The translations under genes were made by a program, and so were the position numbers. A DNA stretch of 32,954 bases from Dicyema japonicum. Lineage: Eukaryota > Animalia > Dicyemida. Under the pieces are notes generated by a model. It made no database searches and was not told the origin of the DNA. It saw only the letters and a list, made by a program, of their open reading frames with translations. The stretch is from contig RDEW01000020.1 in the NCBI GenBank assembly GCA_011109175.1, positions 893,468 through 926,421 on the forward strand, in the 5' to 3' direction. This document shows, one piece after another, positions 21,389 to 30,821 of the stretch (within the stretch, counting starts at the first letter, position 1; each line of letters begins with the position of its first letter).

Positions 21389-21723
21389 CTAGTAATTCCA
21401 TGGTCTCCATATTTTAGCTGTACTCTTGTTTCGTTCTGAGTTTGGGATTTGAAAGCCTTTAAGTCTAAAAGTAACAAAACTGCTGAACTCCAAAAAACTC
21501 ATAAATTTGTGGTAATCCCTAATCTGCTTCATATAAAACACAGCATCCTCTAGTAAGGCTGCCTTCTCTATCTTACCGTTTTGTCTCTTAGAATAAAACA
21601 ATTTTATACTCTATTAGGATATAAATCACATAAAATATCTCTAAGTTCAATCAGACTCCGATTGACACGTGCTCGTCTTCGCCTTTCGACTATGTACTTT
21701 TCGGCCTTATTGTGTGCGTACAT
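21389..21723 (-). CDS. Minimal HES/hairy-E(spl)-family bHLH repressor (~103 aa); 5' end uncertain
   Basis: KAEKYIVERRRRARVNRSLIELRDIL...|(23-nt intron gtataaaattgttttattctaag)|RQNGKIEKAALLEDAVFYMKQI...KIWRPWNY*. Confidence 0.85.
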
Positions 21724-22014
21724 TAGGTGATAATATTTGATCCTCTTAAATATTGGTAGCACGTCCGAATAAGCAATAAATTTTATTATCTTTAATTGCA
21801 GTGTTCATTTCATGGGAAAACATTAGTCATTATCAATAAATTACTTCAAATTCATTGATTATTAAGGTTATTTACTCCAAACTTAAATTAATCGGCAAAA
21901 TAGAAGAATCTAATTTAACATTTTAATGATATATTGATTTAATCGCAGAAATACTTGAGATGCAAATGCATTGTCTAAAACTCATGAGAATTTGATAGTA
22001 ATTAAAGTCTGCGC

Positions 22015-22320
22015 ATGTCAATAATCTACAAGTTGGGATGGCATTATTTCCATACTCCCACGGAAAATTACTTGTTTGGGACGCCACATGTGTGGACACC
22101 TTTTCTGGGCCAGATCCCTGACTGGCACACTCATCGGCAGACAAGACGAAGGTTGGAAAATCCGAAAGTACAGATCAGTCAGAGATACTACCATTTCACT
22201 CCTATTGCTATGGAGACTTCCGAGGTCGTGGGAAGGGAGACGAACGCATTTCTCTCCAGTATCGGAAGAAGGCTTACTTCAAAGAGATGTAAGCCCGCAA
22301 AGGACTTTGAAATTCAACAT
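22015..22320 (+). mobile_element. CRE-like element 3' fragment
   Basis: GMALFPYSHGKLLVWDATCVDTF...KIRKY...YHFTPIAMETSEVVG...FLSSIGRRL across frameshifts. Confidence 0.8.
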
Positions 22321-22689
22321 AATTTGTGGACTTACGAAATACTAAAGGTTCACTCAAACGTCTGGAATTAATTTGAAGATAATGTTTCAAGGGTGCAACC
22401 ACACGTGTCATTTTAAATTCTTGCCCATCACAAACATTTTACCACATCCTGTTTTCAAAAGTACATGCACAATACTGTATTGTGTGTTCACACTGACGGA
22501 GAGAGCATTATTTTAGAATGATCAAGTTTAAAACTAGAGGAAGTATCTACGTAATTTAATAACACCAGATATGGCGGGAAAAGGTTGAGTGTTATTAACG
22601 TCAAATTATGGTATATCCAGTTCCTATGGTCGGTATTAAATGAAAGGATTATAGGAGAAAAAATTAAAGTGACTTGTGTCCTCTTTAAT

Positions 22690-23510
22690 TAAGATTTATC
22701 AACTTTGGTTTGATTTTTTAATTTTACGAGAGGCTTTTGTGCGTTGTTCTTCCACGTGCTTCGAGAAAGTTGGTAGTTAGTCGAAATTGACTCCAAGTAT
22801 TTTGGGATATTTAGTGACGGGAAGTGCCTTCCAAGAAAATTTAACTGTCGACGGTCGGAAATGGATAGAGTAACGGTAGAGTTCAACGGAGGTGGAGAAA
22901 GATGATTTAAAGTGAACCAGTTTTCAAAAGAGTTCAAATGGTCCAGGACCTCACTTGTTGATTCGCTGATGTCACTGTTTTTTGAGACGATGATGAAATC
23001 ATCCGCACATGATAACAGGAATATTTTTGATTTGGTAATAAGATCGCTTAGATGGGAACAAGACGAAGCCTTAGGGTACTCCGTTTGGAGGAGAAGATTG
23101 GATAGTGGGATCTGCGACAGTACGCCAGAAGAATGCAACAAGCGAATTATTGGCGGCAGAAAAGGCTGAGAAGTCTAAAGGGAGGAATTAAGAAAGGGTC
23201 CTGGACTGGTTCACAATTGCGGTACTATTATCGAGACAACTAGAGGTATAAGGGGGAAGTCTTTTTTTCTCAGAAAACTGTTACGTCCAGTTACAGTCAG
23301 AAACTATGACAACTGTAAAACCTAGTGACTCCTCCATTTAATCTCCGTTGCTACAATGAGATAAACTCGTAAGCAACTCTTGTGGGTAAGTGCATTCCAT
23401 CTAACGATTTGTATGGAAATACGCTCTATCAACCATCCCTCTTCTCCAAGATCCAATGAAACGCAGGAAGGTAAAGGATTTGGGTTCTACAATGTCCCTG
23501 GTGATCAAAT
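22690..23510 (-). mobile_element. I-group (Ingi/Vingi-like) non-LTR element, internally deleted; RT fragment plus degenerate 2A-like site
   Basis: LSCADDFIIVSKNSDISES...FENWFTLNHL...STVTLSISDRRQLN (ORF 22689-23141). The nucleotide motif at 23475-23496 aligns with the 2A-like site at 7605-7628. Confidence 0.7.
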
Positions 23511-23897
23511 CAAACCTTTATTTCAAGACCACCGTTAAACCAAAAAACCAAACTAAATGATCCCGACAAATTTAACCCAGGCTCTCAGCTTGACTCGATG
23601 CTCCTCCCTCGATCCTACACAAGCTCGTTAAGGCTGGGTTTTCTCCTGATCACGTTGTATCAGGCCTCCTCCGTTATTCCTTCAAATTAGGATCTCCAAG
23701 GTGTCGGCATCATGTTCTTTTTTTCCGAGACCACTTCTCTCACTCCAAAAGTCATTTTTGTGCGATTAGAATTATATTAACATAACACGAAATTCAAATA
23801 ATTCAAAATTATTATTTTTCTAAAGATATATAAAATTATGCGATATATTGATTTTTTATAGTTTATAAATCGAAACGTGGCACGTAACAACACTTGA

Positions 23898-24626
23898 ATG
23901 GACGGGTCTCACACCAATCTGGATTTGACCGTTGAAAAAAGGCTAATTTCTGAATGTTCAAATTCCAGCGAGGCTTATTCTCAAGATATGTCGGAAGAAA
24001 CTATTTCACAGAATGCCGAACACATCACATGTGATGAGTCCGTCCATAAGTCACTCTATAATTCAAACTACTCAAGTGTTTATATTAATGAGGGAGATCA
24101 AAGCTGTATCCTATCCGAATCACAGTTACATCCCACAACTATTAATCATCTCAACAAAGTATTCAACAAACCTTTGTATTCCACAATTCCAATCCCTTTC
24201 ACGAGAAAATCAGAGAAAAATGAAGGTATAAAATGTATTATGGCTCCCTCGTTCCAGAAATCAGTTAAATACTCAGTCAAAAGCTATAATTTTGAGGAAG
24301 GCAGAGACGTCTTGGATTATCAAACTTTAACCCAATCATCTATCCAGAATGGAGTTAATTCAAAGCCATTACTGTCAGAGAATATATTGAATGATCAAAA
24401 GCAGAAGAGGGTATCCCTGAAGTTACTTTACACACTGGCCTGTTTTACCTTTCTGGTTAATCCCATTTTTGGTTGTTATTCGTTGGTCTATGCTAATCGA
24501 TGTTCTGAAGTAGATGATTACTATTATGCGAACAAATCGTCAAAAATATCATATTATATTTCAATTACTGGAATTTTGATTAGTGTTTGTGCTGGAATCC
24601 CCCTTGCTCTTTATTTTCTTAAATGA
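23898..24626 (+). CDS. CD225/dispanin (IFITM/PRRT/SynDIG-like) membrane protein, 242 aa, apparently single exon
   Basis: Clean ATG-TGA ORF: long Ser/Asn-rich N-terminus, then two hydrophobic segments LLYTLACFTFLVNPIFGCYSLVYA...YYYANKSSKISYYISITGILISVCAGIPLALYF with CD225-like spacing (P.G..A/S...A...S..A/S). Confidence 0.6.
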   Translation: MDGSHTNLDLTVEKRLISECSNSSEAYSQDMSEETISQNAEHITCDESVHKSLYNSNYSSVYINEGDQSCILSESQLHPTTINHLNKVFNKPLYSTIPIPFTRKSEKNEGIKCIMAPSFQKSVKYSVKSYNFEEGRDVLDYQTLTQSSIQNGVNSKPLLSENILNDQKQKRVSLKLLYTLACFTFLVNPIFGCYSLVYANRCSEVDDYYYANKSSKISYYISITGILISVCAGIPLALYFLK

Positions 24627-25646
24627 CATTAAAGATTTGTTTTAAAAATTACATTTTTGTTATTAAATGTTATGTTTTGAGTAAGAGTTTCAGACTTATC
24701 ACGTGCTATTTAAATGTGTTAGTGTTGTCCCGACGGTAGGACGTGTGATGAAAATGAAAGCGGGTGGACCTACTTCACCTCTCTTCAGAAGCGAAAGCCT
24801 GTAATGGACTATTGGAGGATGGGAGTAATCAGCACAAGCAGACTTTATCCGTTTGGTTCCTTTCTTGGATTAATTATTTGTGATTGTTTGTGCTGGGCTT
24901 ACATAATAAGAGCAGTTCCATTCACAACCAGCTATCAACATCAGAAACTAAGTCTTCAAGAACTAAAGTCTCTTGAATGGCATCCTATCTGAAATTGTAT
25001 ATTTGTTATTTCTCCCTCGAACCAACTTCTTGTATTGATTTTATTTTCCACTGAGGAGGCCGAGCGCTATTGCATGATCACTTTTACGACGCCTCTTGGA
25101 AACAGTACCTTTCAGATTTGGTGACTTTGAGATCCTCTTGATTTTTCTATGCCTGCACGCCTTTCGTCTCTTGTGGTCTCGGATTCTATTCTCAGGAAAG
25201 ATTCTACACTCCTTCCGAGAATTTTTCTTCTGGCCAAGAAATTTACCACTGGAGATCAGAATCGTTCTTATTCGTACTTCCTCTATCTCCAAACATGCGA
25301 CGGAGTCTGGACGGCGTTGTTTGAAAAAATAAATTTGAAAAGAAGCCCTTCAACCAACATCGCTATGCTTGCCTGTTGTTTGGAGACTCTTCTGAAAGTA
25401 AGACCTGACTCAACGCCATTCCAAGCGGAGTTCTGTCGTCACCTATTCTGCTATATTCCAGAAGCGGGAATAGCGACGCAGTTGAGGTTTCGGTCATCTA
25501 ACTCTAATTTTTGGTTTTAAAAAAGATCAAGTCATTCAACCAATCAATTAACATCAAAGTCATTCAACCAACATAATTAAGATAGGTTTTAACATTCTTT
25601 TAATTCAAAATTATTCTTTTTAATTCAAAATTTATTACTGACAAAA

Positions 25647-25920
25647 TAAAGTGAACAAATGGTCATGCGATTACTCCGCTACCTGGGTGTGTTATTATAG
25701 AAATAGAGATTGATCAAGAAGGGTCATTTCTTGAGGATTTTAAACAAGAAAAAAAGAGCGCTACAGGCACTCCTTAGTACGCGAAAATTATGTTTCGGGA
25801 CAGATACGTTATTTCGACCTATTCTAACTTGTGACCAACCCTAATGGACCATAACCTGCTCTTTATATAAGATCACTTTTACATTATTCTGGACACACGC
25901 ATGGGAAATTGCCTAAAATC
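25647..25920 (+). mobile_element. Jockey/I-like RT C-terminal fragment flanked by a 14-bp direct repeat
   Basis: LRYLGV...HFLRILNKKKRA...TLFRPILT. TATTACTGACAAAA occurs at 25633-25646 and 25921-25934. Confidence 0.5.
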
Positions 25921-25950
25921 TATTACTGACAAAAGCACAAAAACAATGAA

Positions 25951-28900
25951 TTAATGATCAAAAACAGCGACATTAGTACAATCCTTTGTTTTATATACTC
26001 CAACAAGTCTATCACTCAACTCAAACATGTGTGATCTGAGTGATATAATAATAAATTGAGCATCACATGTCCATTTCTATAATAACCAAAATACAATAAC
26101 CTTAACATAATGTGCTATAATAGACACATTTCTGTAATCCAATGCTGCATCAATCTCGTCCATTACATACAATGGGGATGGCTTATAATGATGGAGGGCA
26201 AAAACTAGTGCTAAACTACTCATAGTCTTCTCTCCACCACTCAGATTCGATATATTCTTCCATGTCTTCCGAGGAGGTCGCACACTTAATATAACCAATG
26301 ATCACCTAAATACAACTCCCTCTGAGAAGGGATTCATAGAGTCCACTAATTCTAGTTCAGCATCACCTCCTAGAGTTATCATTTGGTACATCTCCTTCAA
26401 TTTTAGTGAAATAGCATCAAATCCAGCCATAAATTCGCTCAAACGTTTCTTCTTTGTTTCCTCCATGTAATTTTGTTGATTACTCCTCACTGCAGTTAAC
26501 CTCTCCAGAACATCCACTCTCCGCAAGTATAACTCTTTCTACGATATCCCCCAAAATTAACCTTTTCCTTATAATCACGAATAGCTGCCATGTTCGGGTT
26601 CATCACATTCAGCTCTTTTTCTAAATTCTTAATAGAGTTCTCAGTGTCAATTATATTCAGTGAAGTGAGTTCCTCGACAGTGATGACTGGCAGCATCTCC
26701 ACAACCTCATCAACTTCCTTCATGGAAAGTTTAAGGATCAAAATAACCATAGAAAACAACCTCAGAATCCCAATGCTCTATTTTAGAGTACAATCCTTAA
26801 TATTTTCATAAATTGTGTCATATTTTCCCTTCAATGATATTTTCTCTCGTTTTAGATCACCCTCTTGTGTGGCCATAGAGTCCAACTCCTCCTGTAACTC
26901 TTTCAGTCTGTTACCAAAACCAACAGCTTTTTCCTATCAATTAATGTCAATCTAACTGTTGACTCTTTGCTGGCTTTAATCAATTCTGAGGCCCTTTGAT
27001 CAATCTCTGTCATTTCCTTTGAGAGTTTCTCCAGTTTGTCCTCCAAATGAGTCCTATCCTTTTTCAAAGACTCTAAACTCTCAATATTCTTCTTTATACG
27101 CCTAACATTAACACAATCTAAACATTTCACATTTTCTTTCATCCAATGATAGCTTATCCAACTCGGATTTAACAGCAGACAGTCGACTGGTGCTCTCATC
27201 AACAGCCTTTTGTGCCAATGTAAATCGAGTCCCACGAATGGAAGCAAGTTTAGAATACAAACTCTCAACATGTGCTTTCTGTTCCTCACTGACCTTTATC
27301 TTTCTCTCCATTTCTGTTAATAATACAACAACAAACCAACAAGACATCCCTCTAATCTGCTTTTATATTCCGCCAATGCCTTTTTATCAACCACAACAGA
27401 GGCAGCCTTCTTCTTCCAATTTATAATCTTATTCTTAGACAAACTTATGTTATCCTCACATCCCTTCACTCCACATCAAAAATTACCTTTATTTCCATCT
27501 TTAATCTCTCCAAAATATGTTCAATGCTACTCTTATCACTCCCAAGCTTCTCTATATCAAGGTTTACTTCCCTTAATTGTGAGTCCAACTCTGTTATTTT
27601 ATCAACCATCTAATTACAAGACTATGACTACCTCCTGAAGCTTCTGTTCTGATATAAGTAAGGTACTTGAATTAACTCCCTTATTATAGTCAGCAGAAGA
27701 CAACCCCATCTTATTGCTCACTCGTTTTGTCCCTCCCCCACTCAGAGTCCCTAAACTATGTTATTAACAGTATACCAGAAGTCTCTATCAATTTTCCATC
27801 CAAAGTAACCACTCGATACCTAACTGACCCAAACGCTAAGGCAGTGGCCTTGTCAATGTCATCAGCCACCAAAGTATTCCCAATAGCAAAGAAGAAGGCA
27901 ACACTATATTTATCATCAGTTGGTCTTATCAGATCATACAACCGTTTGGCCCCTTTCGGTCTTAGATAATTACACCAAATTACATGTCAACTTTCTTTAG
28001 ACTTTCTGATTTCATTTTGTTAATAATATTCAACACAATGAACGTATATGAACCCAAATTACGACTTTTTAGGAACTGAATGGCTTTCTCTGCAGTCTCA
28101 TAGTCCTCCACCACAATATTGTCTAGTCTAGAACAAGCAGTTGATATGGCCACGTCATACTTAGCATCAATAAGACCCAAATCCCCCTATTAATTAATAA
28201 GAAAGTGTCCACCAATCTTCCAACAATTCCTGGTAGTCTTCCCTGTCTTTTCTCCTCCATAAATGTCTTCATAATACTTCTACTCTTATTTGCCGAAGAA
28301 TAAGACTTCATTTCCTCTATTTTATTTCTATCTTGTCCAATCTCACAATAACCCCCTTATTAACCTTAACATTCATCGCTCCAATCTTATTCTTCAACTC
28401 CTTCTGTACTGTATTTTTATTTATTACTTCCTGGGAGATCTCTGACAGTTTTTCAAAATGTTCAGTATATGCCCTGTAATATTACACAGACTCCCACTCT
28501 GTCTTAGCCTTTAGCGTCTCTTGTAACTCACCCAATTGTCTCTCTATAGCATTGGCTTTAACGTCCGCTGATTCTGTCTCACTCTTGAACATATTAAACT
28601 CAGACTCTGCTATTTCATACTATAATAAATAAAATCCTCAACATTATGTTTGGTTGAATCAGCCTCTGTCTGTAATTCTGTCAATATCTTTTCATGTTTC
28701 TGAATTTCCAGTTGAACAGGCTTTAATAAAATTGAACTCCACCTTTGTGGCTGATTTCAGCTCATCAATGACAATTTGCAGATTCTCGTTGTTTTTTGCA
28801 TGTTCAGTCTTCAGTTTTTCCAAATACTCAGACAATTCTTTTTGTTTCTCAACATGAGTGGTAGACCGTCGAGTACACTGCTCACTCTAATGAATACTTA

Positions 28901-30158
28901 GAAGTGAAATACCTCTGTTTCATTATGCTTGATTGAATCGACAACTTGTACTAGTTCCAGTTTAGTGTGTTTCTGGTCCTCTCTGACCTTGGTATCCTCA
29001 AATTCTAGCTTTTTGAACTTTTGTCGAGCATCAGACCCGACTTTATTAGCTTCTTTAAAGTGTCTGAATTATAAACAACAGTACTTTTGTGTCTCATTAT
29101 ATTCATTATTAATAGTGCTCTTTGCGGAATAATATTCATTCAATTTTGCATCACAGTCATCCAATTTGACCTTCAAAGACTTCTTCTCGTCTTCACCAGT
29201 TTTTATACGACCCTTTATATCAAATCTACAATTTCTAAAGTATTATACATGTTTTTATTAAAAAGTTTAAATTTATAAACAGTTTGAGAATTCAGCAGGC
29301 TGAGATAGTGAATAGCTTCATCTCTGGCCTCTCTCAGTTCGTTCTTTTCAATTTCTGACTGTTTTGTCAATGTGAACTTGCATCACCCCAAACAACTACC
29401 ATGTTAACTTTGGCATCAGAGAGTTTAGCTATTCTATCCTCATAAATGTCAATAATTCTTTTGTATTTGTTCGACCCAATGATATCCTCTAGGTATTCAA
29501 GCATCCCTTCGTCGTTCTCTCCTACAGAGATTGGTTTCATAAGGGAAATCTGTTCAACCTCTCCCTATCATTATATCCTTCCATTTCACCTGTAAGATAA
29601 GAAACCGGTTATTCTGAATTCCAATTCCACATTGTTTTAGATGACTGGCGACCTGCTTTGCTGAGATTTTCTCGTTGTCATGATAATAGTTAGAAACCCC
29701 TTCTTTGTTGACAGTCCGACGAATTGTGAACTTTTTGTTATCGTCGGTTTGGTTAACGTTAATTTGTCTGAATTCTATAGAGACTGAACAGCTATGAATG
29801 TTTGAGAACGATGAGCTGTTGTGGATTAGCACTGCCAGGTTCTTTGAACGTATCTTTTGGGCTCTAAATCCAAAGACAAATAGAATGGCATCGATAATGT
29901 TTGACTTTCCACTTCCATTTGGTCCGACAATACAAGAAAAGTTCTATAATGAAAAAATAAAAATACATTGTGGAATGGACCCAGTCGGTTGACTCCAGCG
30001 TAGGATTTGAAATTTTCCACTACTAGATAGTCGATTATGAAGCGGCTTTGTGGATTGAGATCGTCTGCTAATACAACATCTTCTTCAATCTCTATTTGTC
30101 CTAAGGACTCAACAGAATCAATATTATTGGGATCGAAATCAACTGAAGAAACTTGCAT
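25951..30158 (-). CDS. SMC4: Structural maintenance of chromosomes protein 4 (condensin), ~22 tiny introns
   Basis: ENFKSYAG, Walker A GPNGSGKSNIIDAILFVFG, NRFLILQ|GEVEQISLMKP, GMLEYLEDIIGS, hinge GRL|GDLGLIDAKYDVAISTAC and RVVTLDGKLIETS|GTLSGGG, signature NLSGGEKTMSSLALVFALHHYKPSPLYVMDEIDAALDYRNVSII, QFIIISLR. I walked the frame exon by exon; three local lesions are described in the findings. Confidence 0.97.
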
Positions 30159-30187
30159 CACTGATGACGTTTAGATAGTCTACTGTA

Positions 30188-30196
30188 GGCGCCAAT
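30188..30196. promoter_or_regulatory. Candidate overlapping E2F-like (TTGGCGC) and CCAAT site ~30 bp upstream of the SMC4 ATG
   Basis: GGCGCCAAT is the only GC-rich word in an otherwise AT-rich upstream stretch. SMC4 is a cell-cycle-regulated gene in other animals. Motif match only. Confidence 0.3.
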
Positions 30197-30278
30197 CTAT
30201 TTAAATATATTTAAATTAAATAATAATAATATAATAATAATTAGAAGAGTTAACTTCCAACTCATCCTTATCCCTCTC

Positions 30279-30821
30279 NNNNNNNNNNNNNNNNNNNNNN
30301 NNNNNNNNNNNNNNNNNNNNNNNNNNNNNNNNNNNNNNNNNNNNNNNNNNNNNNNNNNNNNNNNNNNNNNNNNNNNNNNNNNNNNNNNNNNNNNNNNNNN
30401 NNNNNNNNNNNNNNNNNNNNNNNNNNNNNNNNNNNNNNNNNNNNNNNNNNNNNNNNNNNNNNNNNNNNNNNNNNNNNNNNNNNNNNNNNNNNNNNNNNNN
30501 NNNNNNNNNNNNNNNNNNNNNNNNNNNNNNNNNNNNNNNNNNNNNNNNNNNNNNNNNNNNNNNNNNNNNNNNNNNNNNNNNNNNNNNNNNNNNNNNNNNN
30601 NNNNNNNNNNNNNNNNNNNNNNNNNNNNNNNNNNNNNNNNNNNNNNNNNNNNNNNNNNNNNNNNNNNNNNNNNNNNNNNNNNNNNNNNNNNNNNNNNNNN
30701 NNNNNNNNNNNNNNNNNNNNNNNNNNNNNNNNNNNNNNNNNNNNNNNNNNNNNNNNNNNNNNNNNNNNNNNNNNNNNNNNNNNNNNNNNNNNNNNNNNNN
30801 NNNNNNNNNNNNNNNNNNNNN
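30279..30821. other. Assembly gap (N run)
   Basis: Continuous Ns. Confidence 1.

Noticed and set aside
26739-26790. Stop-codon readthrough (TAG) in SMC4, since the frame stays open past it
   Set aside because: Readthrough would give SIGILRLFSMVIL in a coiled coil, whereas +1 A plus a small intron restores the SMC4-like KIEHWDSEILKLS. An indel is more parsimonious.
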